Source: Nitrospirota bacterium (GTDB taxonomy: Bacteria > Nitrospirota > UBA9217). From it: 64,000 nucleotides of DNA. The position numbers were made by a program, and so were the translations under genes. Each line of letters begins with the position of its first letter. Within the stretch, counting starts at the first letter, position 1. Positions 30,484 to 43,226 of the stretch are shown in pieces. The notes beneath the pieces are model-generated. The model ran no database searches. It saw nothing but the letters and a program-made list of their open reading frames with translations, and was not told the DNA's origin. Where the stretch lies: positions 1 through 64,000 of the forward strand of contig CAVVUN010000002.1 in assembly GCA_963751455.1 (NCBI GenBank). The letters are read 5' to 3'.

Positions 30484-30930
30484 AGGACGCAGATTTGCGC
30501 GGATTAGCGCGGATAGTAATACGTTACTTTCTTGTATTGTTCAAGCTTTTCGTTTGAATTCAGGTTTGGCCCGAAGTTAAAGCAATACCAACTTCAATAT
30601 TGGTTGCTTTTAAATAGTTTAAAAGTTGTGCTTCATGTTCCGCTGCCAGTGTTTTGTTGCTTTAATCTCTATAATAATACGATCTTGACCAATAAATCAG
30701 CAAAATATTCTCCGACGACTCTGCCGTTATAAAATACCTGTATCTGTATTGTTGTTTTACATCGAGACCCAGCTTCTCTAGCTCAATCATAAGAGCGTTA
30801 GATAGATTTTTTCTAAAAAGCCATATCCTAAGGAATTGTAAACGATATAAAAAGCCTTAATGATCAGATCGGTAATTTTTTTATATTTGAAATCTTCGTC
30901 ATCAGCGTTATCTGCGTTTATCCGCGTCCA
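30484..30930. mobile_element. Inverted-repeat-flanked GxxExxY cassette inside the hem operon
   Basis: Left arm AGGACGCAGATTTGCGCGGATTAGCGCGGAT (30484-30514) and right arm ATCAGCGTTATCTGCGTTTATCCGCGTCCA (30901-30930) enclose one AT-rich gene. Confidence 0.6.
30524..30921 (-). pseudogene. GxxExxY protein (PD-(D/E)XK-like family), multiple single-base deletions; missed by the ORF track
   Basis: Manual translation across shifts: NADNADDEDFKYKKITDLIIKAFYIVYNSLGYGFLEKIY-NALMIELEKLGLDVKQQ-IQVFYNGRVVGEYFADLLV-DRIIIEIKA-LAAEHEAQLLNYLKATNIEVG-LNFG. Confidence 0.85.
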
Positions 30931-30933
30931 GAA

Positions 30934-31840
30934 TCATTTCGCTTTTGTCACAATATCCGCAAGCGCCTTAATCAATGAACGCGATGTGTTCAGCGATTCC
31001 AGGCCGCTCGAAGTCAGTCCGAGGTCGGCGGCATGCTCCCGGTGGACGATGTCGATGTCGTACAGCGTCTCCATGTGATCGCAGGTGAATCCGACGGGCA
31101 CCTCGAGCACATAATTCAGGTATCTTCCTCGGCAGCCGATTCCAGGACACGCTCGACCTCCGGCTCGATCCAGGGCTCGGTTGCGCGTGCCCCCTTGCTC
31201 TGCCACGCGATCCGCCATTCATGTAAACCGATGCCTTCGGCAACCAGCTTTACGGTTTCTTCAACCTGTTTCTTGTACGGGTCTCCTGCCGTCGATATAC
31301 CGGAGCGGGAATGCTGTGGCTGGTGAAAATAACGACTGAATATCGCCTCTGTGTTTCGGCCGGAAGCGTTTCAGCGCCGTCCCGCACCTTTTCCTGCCAC
31401 GCGTTGATGAAATAGCGGATTGTCGTGCCAGCTCGGCAATGAAGGATTTGCTGATCGTCCCGTCATCCAGCTGACTCGAAAGCTTTCCGGTAGGCGCCTG
31501 TTGTGACGATTGTTTCAAAAGGCGACATCGAAAGGCCGATGACGCGGCCGGCGCCTTCACGTACCGCCTTTTCAAACGCCACGCCGACCGAAGGAGAAGA
31601 ATATCGGAAGCCCTCGTATACCCTGTAGCCGTTCCCGAGTTCCCGGGCAAGCGCTTCTGCCTGTGCTTTAACCAGTTCCGGCAGCGGCGACTTTCCGCCG
31701 ATCAATTTATAGCGTTCAATGACGGCTTGAACGACCGGCTGCGGGTGCGGGCCGGCCCATAAAGGCGGCCATGAACGGCCCGACTTCATCCAGCGATCTG
31801 GGTCCGCCCAGGGCGATGAGTATAATTGCGGTATGGTCAT
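30934..31840 (-). CDS. hemH: Ferrochelatase / coproporphyrin ferrochelatase (many frameshifts)
   Basis: LGGP.SL..V..F, ERY..IGG.SPL, GFRYS.P, W.E, P.GF.CDH.ETLYDID and SLN. Confidence 0.85.
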
Positions 31841-31943
31841 TGAAAATCATCAAGATCGCAGAGATCGCAGAAATGCAGGATGCAAGATATAAGGACGATA
31901 TATTTGTTTCGAATCTGATGTTCATCGTAGATCGTGGCTCAGG

Positions 31944-32974
31944 TTATCTCTTGCTCAGTTCATGCGTGGCGTTAATGAACTCTTCAGCATGGTCGAGCGG
32001 CGTTTGCTGAAGAATCCCGTGGCCCAGGTTCATGATATGGCCGTTCCTGTTTGCCGCCCGGTCGAGGATTTCCTTCGTGCGTTTCCGAATGAACTCCTTT
32101 GAGCCGAAGAGCGAGATGGGATCGAGGTTTCCCTGGACTGCCTTGTCCTGTCCTACGCGCTTCCAGGCTGAATCGATATCACACCGCCAATCGAGACCGA
32201 TGACGTCGCCGCCGCCCTCGGCAACCATTTCCAGCAGATGGGTTGCACCGTTCGCAAAGTGGATGAGCGGGACGCTTTTTTTGATGCCGGCTATTACATT
32301 TTTCTGATGCGGCAGAACGAACTCACGGTAATCGCTGGGGCCGAGGGCGCCGACCCAGCAGTCAAAGAGCTGCACAACCTGTACACCCGCGTCGATTTGC
32401 GCGTTCAAATAGTTGATGATGACGCCGGTAAGATGCTCCATCAGTTTATGCCATGTTTTTGGTTCCGCGAACATCATTGCCTTAGCGTGTTCGTAATTGC
32501 GGGAACCGCCGCCCTCTATGATATAACTTGCGAGCGTAAAGGGAGCTCCTGAGAAGCCGATAAGCGGCACTTTACCGTTCAGTTCCTTGAGCGCGATGTT
32601 GATCGCCTTCATGAGATAAGCGATCTGCGTTGAAGATTCTATCGGCTTCAGTTTCTGAACATCGGCCATGGTCCGGACGGGATTATGGATCACGGGGCCT
32701 TCGCCCTTGGCGAATTCGAGGCCGATACCCATGGGCTCGAGCGGCAGCAGGATGTCGGCAAAGATGATGGCGGCATCGATCTCATAGCGCCGATGGGCTG
32801 GATTGTGACTTCGGCCGCGAGCTCCGGGGTCTTGCACATCTCAAGAAAAGTATGCTTTGCCCGGATCTCGCGGTATTCCGGCAAATATCTCCCTGCCTGG
32901 CGCATCATCCATACCGGGGTGCAGTCCACCGGCTCTCGCCTGCACGCCTTGATAAATCTGTCTGCTCTCGACAT
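31944..32974 (-). CDS. hemE: Uroporphyrinogen decarboxylase (frameshift near 32790)
   Basis: [44 protein letters not shown] and NLGHGI. Confidence 0.95.
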
Positions 32975-33080
32975 CGGCTTCTCCTCACTGTCTTTATTAA
33001 TCTGGGCACTCTTAAAGGCCCAATAATAGTATTTTATCGGGTAAAACTCAAGGAAATTTTAGGTTTGCAGGCTAACCGGC

Positions 33081-33849
33081 TTATTCCTTCCGCCGGAACG
33101 ACATTGCCGCCAGAGTGAGCATAATGAAGGACACGGCGGTAATGACTGAAAGATCGAGAACCATGGAAAATTCAGGTCCGAGCGGAGGCGTGCTGTTCAG
33201 GAGCAGGACATGCTTGAACGCATCGACGCCGTAGGTGAGCGGATTAAGCTGGGTGAGCCGGCGGAGCGCAGGCGGCATCGACGTGACCGGGTACATGGCC
33301 CCTGACAGGAACAGCATCGGCATGACCAGGAAGTTCATGATGATGTTGAATCCGTCAAAGGACGTAAGCCGCGCGGCGATCAATATGCCCAGCGACGTGA
33401 TGCAGAACGAGACGAGGAGCGAGACGGCCACCACTTCGAAAAACTGTGCAATCGTCAGTTGGATGCCGAGAAAGGGGATAAGGAACAGGATGATGACTGC
33501 CTGGGCAACAGATATCAGCGTGCCGGAAACGGCTTTGCCGATCACGATGGAGAGGCGCGAAATGGGCGCTACCAGCATCTCTTTCATGAACCCGAATTCA
33601 CGGTCCCATACAATTGAGATCGACGAGAAGATGGATGAGAAGAGGATGGTCATGCCGATCATGCCGGGAAAGATAAACTGCAGGTAGGAAAATCCGACCT
33701 GGGGCCGGATCAGCGAGTTCATGCCGTTGCCGACGACGAACAGCCAGAGCACCGGCCGGGCGAGCGTGCCCGAGGAGGCGGCTCTTTTCGCGGAAGAATT
33801 TTTTGAACTCCCGCAGACAGATGACATAGATGGGCCGAAACTGGATCAT
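33081..33849 (-). CDS. ABC-2 type exporter permease (frameshift near 33770)
   Basis: DREFGFMKEMLVAP, P..FLSGA.YP and NPLTYGVD. Confidence 0.85.
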
Positions 33850-34831
33850 CGCTGTGCCCTCCGGTGGCTTCGTACGAATTCCCGGGTTATATCCCGGTTG
33901 TTCTGGAGCCCTTCGTCCCTGATGGTCCTTCCGGTCAAGCCGGAGGAACACATCATTGAGAGTCGGTTTTTTGAGACTTACCGAGAGTGTTTTAACGGTC
34001 AGTCCGCGGATAAGCTTCGGAATGAATTCGTCGCCCTTTTCTGCTTCGATGCATAATCCGCCATTCTCGGTCCACGTCTTCATTCCGAACAACGACTGTA
34101 TCTCGTGCGCGGCACGTTTATTGTCCGCTGTCTCTACCGTTATGATATCGCCATGCACCATGTCTTTCAGGCGTTCGGGCGTATCGAGCGCAATGATCTT
34201 ACCGTTGTCGATAATGGCAATGCGGCCGCAATTTTCAGCCTCTTCCATATAGTGGGTCGTCATGAAGACCGTGATCCGCTCCGTTTTTCTGAGCGTATTG
34301 ATGAAGTCCCAGATCGTATTTCGCGTCTGGGGGTCAAGGCCGAGGGTCGGCTCGTCCAGGAACAGAACGCGGGGGTAGTGGAGCAGGCCCCGGGCGATCT
34401 CGAGCCGCCGCTTCATGCCGCCGGAAAAATTCTTGATAAGATCGTTTTTGCGGCTTTGCAGCTCGACGACCGCCAAGCATTTCGTTGATCCGCTTTTCGG
34501 TCAGTTTTCTTTCAAGGTTGTAGAGGTAGGCATGAAACTTCAGATTTTCGTACGCGGTCAGCCCGTTATCGAGTGTCGTATCCTGGAAGATGAGGCCGAT
34601 TGCCGCCCTTACCTGGTCGGGGTGCTTCGCGCAGTCATATCCCGCGATCTCAGCGCTTCCGCTGCTCGGTGAGAGGAGGGTACAGAGAATATTGATCGTC
34701 GTCGTCTTTCCCGCGCCGTTGGGGCCAAGAAAGCCGAATACTTCCCCCTCGTTGACGGAAAAGGAGATATCGTCAACGGCTTTCAGGGTCTTAAAGTGTT
34801 TTGAAAGATTTTGGACGTTAATGATAGTCAT
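33846..34831 (-). CDS. ABC transporter ATP-binding protein, DrrA type (frameshifted)
   Basis: GPNGAGKTT, FSGGMKRR, LDEPT and TTHYMEEA. Confidence 0.9.
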
Positions 34832-34839
34832 AAGATAAA

Positions 34840-34948
34840 TGCCAAATTGCAAAATCCAAAGTTCAAATAATGTCAAATTTCAAAAAATGCAAACACTTGT
34901 GGCTATCTTGAACTTTGAGCTTTGCATTTTGAACTTTGCACTGAACTT
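34840..34948. repeat. Heptamer inverted-repeat shell (CAAAAT/TTTGCA variant)
   Basis: CAAATTGCAAAATCCAAAGTTCAAA ... TTGAACTTTGAGCTTTGCATTTTGAACTTTGCACTGAAC. Confidence 0.7.
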
Positions 34949-36525
34949 TACCATTCCATCCTGTTCTTCGGCACATACCAGTCGATGAAGTTGTACATGA
35001 TTCCAAGCGGCGCAACTTCGATGCCCTTGAATCGTTTGTGCACGATCGGCAGGGCGTCGGGCACGTACAGGAAAGAGTAGGGTTGTTCCTCGGCGAGAAT
35101 CGCATGGATCCGGTAGTATATTTTCTTTCTCTTTTCGATATCGAAACTTCTTCGTCCCTCGACCAGCAGCCGGTCTACCTCGGCATTTTTATATCCTATG
35201 AAATTATATTCTCCCTTTCTGGTTTTGCTCGAATGCCAGATGTCATAGATATCCGGGTCCCGGCCCAGGCTCCATCCCAAAATCATTGCTTCAAAGGAGC
35301 GCTTATCGATCTGCTCGAGGAAGGCCTGCCACTCCATCACTCTGATATTGACGTCAATGCCGACGGCCTTCAGGTTCTGCTGGATGATCTCAGCGGAGCG
35401 GATACGCTCCGTGTTGCCCTGGTTGGTCAATATCGTGAAACGGAAAGGCCTTCCGTTTTTCTCCAGAAACCCGTCGCCATTGACATCCTTCCAGCCCTCT
35501 TCGGCCAGCATTCGCGCCGCTAGTCCGGGATTATAATCGTAGCTCTTTGCATTTGGATTATATGCCCATGAGACGTACGAGAACGGTCCGGTACAGGGTT
35601 TGCCGAGGCCGAGAAGGAGACCGTCTATGATATTTTGCCGGTTGATCGCATAGGAAAGGGCTTGCCGGACCGTTACCTTTTGAAAGAGAGGGTTCGTAAG
35701 ATTGTATCCCATATAGGTAAAGGCATTGGCCGGATAGCGTAATTTGTTATAGTTTTCCTTTATGCGGCGTGTTTCGCTTTTACGCAGATACTGCAAAGGG
35801 GTCAATCCCATCATGTCAACGCCGCCCGAGAGCAGCTCCTGGAACATGGTGGTGCTGTCGGGAATGATTCGGTATACGAACTGATCTATATTGGGTCGCC
35901 CTTCAAAAAAGTCAGCGTTCGCCTCGAGTACGATTTTCTGGCCGGCAATCCACTGCTTGAATTTGTATGGTCCGGTCCCGATGGGCCGGCGGTTGAAGGC
36001 GTCGGTATTGATATCCTTGCCGTCTAAAAGATGCTTCGGGATCATGCCTGCGGCCCAGCTTTCGAGCGCAGGCGAAAACGGCTCTTTATACGTTACCCTG
36101 AACGTGTATTTATCGAGTGCTTCCGCTTTTGCCACGTCCATGTAGGAGCTGCTGTACGGTGTTGCTACGTTCGGATCCATCAGTCGTTTATAGGTGAACA
36201 GGCAATCGTCTGCCGTAAATTCCACCCCGTCATGCCACTTCACCCCTTTGCGGATGAAAAAGGTTATTGTTTTGCCGCCGTTCGAAATCTGCCAACGCTC
36301 CGCCAGGTCGCCGACAATCTTGATGTCTTTGTCATATTTCACCAGGCCGCTGAATACCTGCTCATTGATCGTGCCCGAGGCGGAATCGTTAGCAATCACC
36401 GGGTTCAATCTTCGGGCGTCGCCGATCGAGCTTTCAACAAAGCTGTTCGGGTTTCGTTCGACCTTTTCGCCGCACGCAGAGAAAAGCAGGAAAAGCGGAA
36501 AGATGTAAAAGAAAATATTTTTCAT
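34948..36525 (-). CDS. Peptide ABC transporter substrate-binding lipoprotein (OppA/DppA family 5)
   Basis: Lipobox FSAC, GDLAE.W, RKGVKWHDG..FTA.D and PIGTGPYK. Confidence 0.9.
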   Translation of the reverse strand: MKNIFFYIFPLFLLFSACGEKVERNPNSFVESSIGDARRLNPVIANDSASGTINEQVFSGLVKYDKDIKIVGDLAERWQISNGGKTITFFIRKGVKWHDGVEFTADDCLFTYKRLMDPNVATPYSSSYMDVAKAEALDKYTFRVTYKEPFSPALESWAAGMIPKHLLDGKDINTDAFNRRPIGTGPYKFKQWIAGQKIVLEANADFFEGRPNIDQFVYRIIPDSTTMFQELLSGGVDMMGLTPLQYLRKSETRRIKENYNKLRYPANAFTYMGYNLTNPLFQKVTVRQALSYAINRQNIIDGLLLGLGKPCTGPFSYVSWAYNPNAKSYDYNPGLAARMLAEEGWKDVNGDGFLEKNGRPFRFTILTNQGNTERIRSAEIIQQNLKAVGIDVNIRVMEWQAFLEQIDKRSFEAMILGWSLGRDPDIYDIWHSSKTRKGEYNFIGYKNAEVDRLLVEGRRSFDIEKRKKIYYRIHAILAEEQPYSFLYVPDALPIVHKRFKGIEVAPLGIMYNFIDWYVPKNRMEW

Positions 36526-36600
36526 GCGCCAATCATGAAGAATAAATTAGACTAAGATTCAATTTTTCAGATTTTATCCGTGCCCAAACAAGATCTGCAA

Positions 36601-36627
36601 AAAGAAAAGGGTAGGCAAGGCCTACCC
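36601..36627 (-). terminator. Intrinsic terminator after secG
   Basis: Minus strand GGGTAGG-CCTTG-CCTACCC followed by TTTTCTTT. Confidence 0.65.
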
Positions 36628-36654
36628 ATTGTATAGCGGCAATCTCGCGGCCTG

Positions 36655-36999
36655 CTATTTCGCGGGTGCAGGCGAGGGAGCAGGTGCCGTCTGTCCCGGC
36701 GGTGCGAGAGGAACACCCGGCGCCGTCTGCTGAGGCTGCGGTTTTACGCCTTCCATGACGGAACTTCTCTTTGAAGAGGTGATCGCAAGTCCAAGAGAGG
36801 TCACCATGAAAAGAATCGCTGCTCCGGTCGTCAGTTTTGCAAGGAAACTAGCGGCACCTCGCGGCCCGAAGACCGTCTGTGATGCGCCGCCGAAGGCAGC
36901 GCCGATATCAGCGCCCTTGCCCTTCTGGAGAAGAACCATCGCTATCAGGATGGTCGAAACAATAACATGAAGCGAAATTAAAAAGTATCTCATTACCAA
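36655..36999 (-). CDS. secG: Preprotein translocase subunit SecG
   Basis: VLLQKGKGADIGAAFGG...FG.RGA..FL.K.T; downstream of tpiA. Confidence 0.95.
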   Translation of the reverse strand: MVMRYFLISLHVIVSTILIAMVLLQKGKGADIGAAFGGASQTVFGPRGAASFLAKLTTGAAILFMVTSLGLAITSSKRSSVMEGVKPQPQQTAPGVPLAPPGQTAPAPSPAPAK

Positions 37000-37103
37000 C
37001 TACCTCCGTTTATTTTGGTGAAAGAGTTAAAGTGTTACGTAGTGGAGTAATCGTCTAACCACTCGACGACGCAGCCATTCAACGCTTCTCCCGCTCTCCG
37101 CTC

Positions 37104-37865
37104 TTACTTAAAATTAACCAGCGCCGCAAAGGATTCCGGTTTGAGGCTCGCGCCTCCGACCAGGGCGCCATCGATGTCCGGCTTTGCCATCAGGCTCGAT
37201 ACGTTCTCCGGCGTTACGCTGCCGCCATACTGGATCCGGAGGCCTTCGGCGATTTCGTCATTGTAAAGCGACTTCACTTTCTGCCGAATCAGTGCATGCA
37301 CTTCATTGGCCTGCTCAGGAGTCGCTGTTTTTCCGGTGCCGATAGCCCAGACCGGCTCATACGCAATGACCACCTTCTTCATATCCTGGGAGACAACGTC
37401 CTTGAGTCCGCCGGTCACCTGCCGGTTTATGATCTCGTTCAGTTTTCCGGCTTCTCGCTCTGCCAGAGTCTCACCAACGCACATGATGGGCAGTAAACCC
37501 TTCTTGAGGGACTGCTTCACCTTCTTATTGACTGTTTCATCGGTTTCGCCAAAGAACTGGCGGCGTTCACTATGGCCGATAATAACATACTTGCAGCGTA
37601 AATCCAACAGCATATCAGCAGAAATCTCGCCGGTAAAGGCCCCCTTGTCTTCCCAGTGCATGTTCTGGGCCGAGAGCGAGATATTCGTCCCCCTGATCGT
37701 CTCTGAAACGGCTTCCAGCGACGTAAAGGGAGGGGCGAGTACTATTTCCCGGTCCTTTACAGACGAAACAAGCGGTATCAGGTTCGCGGCAAGGTCGCTT
37801 GCTTCAACGGTCGTTTTGTTCATCTTCCAGTTTCCTGCGATGATCGGCTTTCGTTTTGAGTTCAT
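37104..37865 (-). CDS. tpiA: Triosephosphate isomerase
   Basis: AGNWKM, GHSERR, AYEPVWAIGTG and YGGSV. Confidence 0.98.
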   Translation of the reverse strand: MNSKRKPIIAGNWKMNKTTVEASDLAANLIPLVSSVKDREIVLAPPFTSLEAVSETIRGTNISLSAQNMHWEDKGAFTGEISADMLLDLRCKYVIIGHSERRQFFGETDETVNKKVKQSLKKGLLPIMCVGETLAEREAGKLNEIINRQVTGGLKDVVSQDMKKVVIAYEPVWAIGTGKTATPEQANEVHALIRQKVKSLYNDEIAEGLRIQYGGSVTPENVSSLMAKPDIDGALVGGASLKPESFAALVNFK

Positions 37866-37884
37866 AATACCCTCTTTTATTTTA

Positions 37885-37946
37885 GGATGGACACGGATAA
37901 TTCATATATAACAAATTTATCTGTTATCTGTGTTCAGCTGTGTTTC
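37885..37946. repeat. Degenerate CACGGAT/CACAGAT inverted-repeat shell between pgk and tpiA
   Basis: GGACACGGATAA ... TTATCTGTTATCTGTGTTCAGCTGTGTT. Confidence 0.55.
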
Positions 37947-37955
37947 AAAGAAGCC

Positions 37956-39149
37956 TTAATCTTTGTCATTCGTCAGCGCTGCCAGGCCGGGCAGTTCTTT
38001 TCCTTCCAGAAGTTCAAGCGAAGCTCCACCGCCCGTGGAGATAAACGTAATGCTGTCGGAAACACCCGCCCTATGCACGGCCACATCCGTGTCTCCGCCG
38101 CCCACGATGGTAGTCGCATAAGCGTCTGCAACCGCGCGGGCAATGGCAAACGTTCCACGCGAATAGGCGTCCTTCTCGAAGAGGCCCATGGGACCGTTCC
38201 AGATGATCGTCTTTGCGTCCTGTATCGCCTCTCCGAAAAGACGGACCGTGGCCGGGCCTATGTCGAGTCCCACCCAGCCTTTCGGGATTTCCTGCGAGGT
38301 TACGATCTTGGTCTCCGCACCATCGTTCGTGTTTTCGGCTACGACAAAGTCGACCGGCAGATAGAACTTGACGCCTTTATCCCGCGCGCCCTTTCTCAGG
38401 CGCTGGGCCATTTGCAGCATATCGTCTTCCACAAGGGAACTGCCGACTTCGCAGCCCTCCGCCTTGATGAAAGTAAAGGCCATGGCGCCGCCGACAATGA
38501 TCTTGTCTACCTTGTTTTGAAGGTTCTCGATGACGCCGATCTTGCCGGATACTTTGGCGCCGCCGAGGATTGCGACAAAGGGCCGGACCGGGTTCGCAAC
38601 TGTCTTCTGAAGGTATTCAATCTCCTTCTTCATCAGGAACCCGGCTGCCGCTAATTTCACGAACTTCGTAATGCCGTATGTCGAAGCATGTGCGCGATGA
38701 GCCGTACCGAACGCATCGTTTACATAAACATCGGTAAAGGCCGCGAGGGCTTTCGAAAAATTCTCGTCGTTTTTTTCTTCTTCAGGATGGAACCTGAGAT
38801 TTTCGAGAAGCAGAACATCTCCAGGCCGCATTCCGGCCACCATATGCTCCACATCGGGCCCGATGCAGTCCTTTGCGAACTTTACTTCTTTATTAAGAAG
38901 CCGGTTCAGGCGGAGCGCAACCGGAGCAAGGCTGTATTTCGGGCTCGGTTTGCCTTTGGGGCGGCCCAGATGAGATGCAAGGATGACCTTGGCTCCGGCG
39001 TCCAAGGCGTAATTTATCGTCGGCAGCGTTGAGCGGATCCGGCCGTCGTCGGTAATGTTGGAGTTTTCGTCAAGCGGCACATTGAAGTCAGCCCGGATGA
39101 AGACCCGCTTGCCTTTGAGATCCACTTTTTCGATTGTCTTCTTATCCAT
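37956..39149 (-). CDS. pgk: Phosphoglycerate kinase
   Basis: RADFNVP, SHLGRP, LENLRF, GGAKVS.K, WNGP.G and STGGGASL. Confidence 0.98.
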   Translation of the reverse strand: MDKKTIEKVDLKGKRVFIRADFNVPLDENSNITDDGRIRSTLPTINYALDAGAKVILASHLGRPKGKPSPKYSLAPVALRLNRLLNKEVKFAKDCIGPDVEHMVAGMRPGDVLLLENLRFHPEEEKNDENFSKALAAFTDVYVNDAFGTAHRAHASTYGITKFVKLAAAGFLMKKEIEYLQKTVANPVRPFVAILGGAKVSGKIGVIENLQNKVDKIIVGGAMAFTFIKAEGCEVGSSLVEDDMLQMAQRLRKGARDKGVKFYLPVDFVVAENTNDGAETKIVTSQEIPKGWVGLDIGPATVRLFGEAIQDAKTIIWNGPMGLFEKDAYSRGTFAIARAVADAYATTIVGGGDTDVAVHRAGVSDSITFISTGGGASLELLEGKELPGLAALTNDKD

Positions 39150-39164
39150 GGTGCACCTCAAGGT

Positions 39165-39281
39165 GAAATTCGAAATCCTAATATCGAAATCCTAAACAAA
39201 TTCAAATATCGAAATTCAAAAATTTTTTTGATTTCGAATTTTGATATTATTTCGGATTTCGTGCTTCGAATTTCGAATTTG
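39165..39281. repeat. Heptamer (TTCGAAA) inverted-repeat shell between gap and pgk
   Basis: GAAATTCGAAATCCTAATATCGAAATCCTAAACAAATTC ... ATTTCGGATTTCGTGCTTCGAATTTCGAATTT. Confidence 0.85.
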
Positions 39282-39287
39282 CTGTCT

Positions 39288-40453
<1,166 letters not shown>

Positions 40454-40460
40454 AAATCTT

Positions 40461-41787
40461 TTAATCCATTTTATGCATTACCAGCCCCGTAAGGAGCTTC
40501 GGATAGAAGTAGGTTGCCTTCTGGGGCATACGCTCGCCCGAGTCCGCAACTTCCTTGACTTCATTCACCTTCGTCGGATTCATATAGAAGGCAATATCGG
40601 CAGTACCGTCATGCACCCGCCTGTCGGCCTCGTCGGCATTTTTAATGTATTCAATATTCAATCCGAGCTTATGTGTTTCCATGCTGATCCCGAGTAGCTT
40701 GTCAATGATCAGATGATGGAGGATTGAGACGTCCAGTTTCCTGTAAGCAGGGGAATTGCCGGAAAGCAGCTTGTCCATGTCCGCTTCGTTTCTCAGGGTC
40801 AGCAAATAATAGCTGTGCTCTCCCTTGATCCGCATACCGAAAACATGGGCTTTGTCCGCCCGATGGGCCATGGTTTCCAGCACCGTAAGCAGATCCTTGT
40901 TCTCCGATTTTTTGTCAAAATCGATCCGCTCTATATCGAAATACCGGTTCAGATCGTCCTCGAAGCGGCCTGGTTCGAAATTGTTCAGGTTAAACAGCAC
41001 CCGGTGGGCGGGCATTATGGTTATCCCCGGGTCTTCCAATCGTGCCAAAAACATCGGTACGAAATTGAAGGGCTCGGTTCCGCCAACCGATCCTGAACTT
41101 TTTCGGCGCTCGTTCCGGTAATTGAGTGCCGTGTCATAGCGATGATGACCGTCCGCGATGAAAACAGTTTTATCCGCCATTGCATTGACTAAAGCGGCGA
41201 TATCCCGGTCTGTCCTTCAGGCTCCAGAGTCGGTGCAGGACGCCATCGTTGTTTTTTACCTCAAATTCAGGAACCCCTGTTTCCTTTTCGAGAATGCCGG
41301 ATATCCTGCTTTCCGGATCGGAAAAGAGTGAGAAGATCTGACTGAAACTCGCGCGGCACGCCCGCAGAAGATTCAAGCGGTCGGTCTTGGGACCGGAGAG
41401 GGTCGTCTCATGCGGCTTAATGATCCCGGATTCATAATCTTCAATCTTTACGAGCGAAATAAAACCGCGCAGTTTTTTTATTCTGCTACCTATGGAGTAC
41501 TCCATCTCGTAAATATAGATGGCAGGCTTCTCGCTCTGAAGCACTATCGCGGATTTATACCAGTCATTCAGGAGGGCAGCTGCACGGGTATACCGGTTGT
41601 CTTCCGGCGTATCCGCGGGACTCTCGAGTCCGTATTCAAGCCGGATGATGTTATAGGCGCTTTTTCTATAGAGTTCCTGCTGTTCTGAAGGAGATATGAT
41701 GTCATAAGGCGGGCATACGAGGCTGCTGATCTTGCCCGCTTTAGTTTTATTATATATTATTCCCTTGAACGGGGCTATAGTTGCCAT
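40461..41787 (-). CDS. DUF1015 family protein (frameshift near 41200)
   Basis: I.PFKG..Y, PPYDII, PHE.T....K.DRL.L, IADGHHRY and MPQK.TYFYPKL..GL. Confidence 0.85.
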
Positions 41788-42150
41788 TTCTCGATCCTTG
41801 ACGACGGGCAGTAAATGCTTTCAAAAGACTTCTTTTATAGCATAGCGCCCGTTTTATTGTCAACCCCGAAATAGACTTATTTATTCGATAGTATCCCGCT
41901 CAGGGCCGCGTTGCCTTGCGTAATCCCGCTCATTCCGGCCCAGGATTATTTTGCCGGGTTAACGGCTTGATGATTTTAATGTGCAAAAGCGAGTCGAACC
42001 CCGGAGAGCCTTAACGAGCGATATCATCAGGACCGCAGAGCAGGTATGTATCGCCCGATTGATAATTGATAAGGCGCTTCATATGAAGCAGTAAGGAGCG
42101 CCGCTGCCGGGGTTGACAATTTCAGGCCATTGTGCGATTATCCCTGCGCA

Positions 42151-43077
42151 ATGAGGATCATACGCGGAATAAAAAATCTGACCGAACGGTTTCCCAACCC
42201 AGTGCTTACGCTCGGCAACTTTGATGGAGTTCACCTGGGACATCAGACGATTTTCAAAATGGTTGTCGACCGTGCAAGGGAGACCGGTGGCACATCGATC
42301 GCGTTTACCTTCGAACCGCATCCTCTCAAGGTCCTCGCTCCGGAGAGATCGCCGCTTCTCCTGAACACTTTTCACGCCAAAATGAAGCTGCTGGAGGCGG
42401 CCGGCATCGATATCGTTATCTGCGCAAGTTTCACACGGGCTTTCGCCGATCAGAACCCGGACGAATTTGCCCGAGAGGTGCTTTATAAACTGATAGATGC
42501 CAAAGAGATTTACGTCGGATATGATTATGCATTCGGCAAGGACCGTGAAGGCAGCATCGAATCGCTGAAAAAAATGGGTCTTGCTTACGATTTCAGGGTC
42601 GGCGTTATTGAGCCGGTTCTCGTGAACGGGATGGTGGTTAGCAGTTCTTCTATCCGCGAGCTGGTTGCTACGGGAAGGGTTGAGGAAGCAGCCGTCCTGC
42701 TCGGCAGACGCTATACAATCGAAGGAGAAGTTGTTCACGGGGCAAACCGCGGTCATTCTCTCGGTTTCCCTACCGCAAATCTTAAAACTGTCAATGAACT
42801 GATACCGAGTTATGGGGTATATGCCGTCTACGGAGAGGTAGAGGGCAGGACAGTGAAGGGGGTCGCATCGATCGGAATCCGCCCCACCTTCGACAGCGGG
42901 CCCGTTTCGATTGAAGTATATCTTTTCGAGTTTGATGAAGATCTCTACGGAAAAGAGATGGAAATTGTTTTTGTAAAACGCCTTCGTGGAGAAGAGAAGT
43001 TTCAGAATGCCGAAGCGCTCATTCATCAGATCCGGAAAGATGTGCAGGATGCTCAAGAAGCGCTCAAAGCCTGCTGA
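42151..43077 (+). CDS. ribF: Bifunctional riboflavin kinase/FAD synthetase
   Basis: GNFDGVHLGHQ, TFEPHP, VSSS.IR, G..LGFPTAN and G.RPTF. Confidence 0.95.
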   Translation: MRIIRGIKNLTERFPNPVLTLGNFDGVHLGHQTIFKMVVDRARETGGTSIAFTFEPHPLKVLAPERSPLLLNTFHAKMKLLEAAGIDIVICASFTRAFADQNPDEFAREVLYKLIDAKEIYVGYDYAFGKDREGSIESLKKMGLAYDFRVGVIEPVLVNGMVVSSSSIRELVATGRVEEAAVLLGRRYTIEGEVVHGANRGHSLGFPTANLKTVNELIPSYGVYAVYGEVEGRTVKGVASIGIRPTFDSGPVSIEVYLFEFDEDLYGKEMEIVFVKRLRGEEKFQNAEALIHQIRKDVQDAQEALKAC

Positions 43078-43147
43078 CAATGTTCAGTGGGCGGCGACAT
43101 TCCGATATCCAGGTCCATATTTTGTTTGTGTAAGGAGGTGACAATCA

Positions 43148-43216
43148 ATGGCTTGTGGAAAAAAATGCGGCACAGCGAAAAAGGCGGTCAAAAAGAAAAC
43201 GGCGAAGAAAAAATAG
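43148..43216 (+). CDS. 22-aa lysine-rich mini-protein MACGKKCGTAKKAVKKKTAKKK
   Basis: SD AAGGAGGTGA at 43132-43141, 6 nt before the ATG; terminator immediately downstream. Confidence 0.6.
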   Translation: MACGKKCGTAKKAVKKKTAKKK

Positions 43217-43226
43217 CAGCGACATC

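Noticed and set aside
20733-34831. Programmed frameshifting or mass pseudogenisation
   Set aside because: Indels are scattered in many unrelated genes without consistent slippery sites; sequencing error is the simpler explanation.
41880-42120. FMN riboswitch upstream of ribF
   Set aside because: It lacks the conserved AGGGCAGGGTGAAATTCCCGACCGG and AGTCCGGATG elements.
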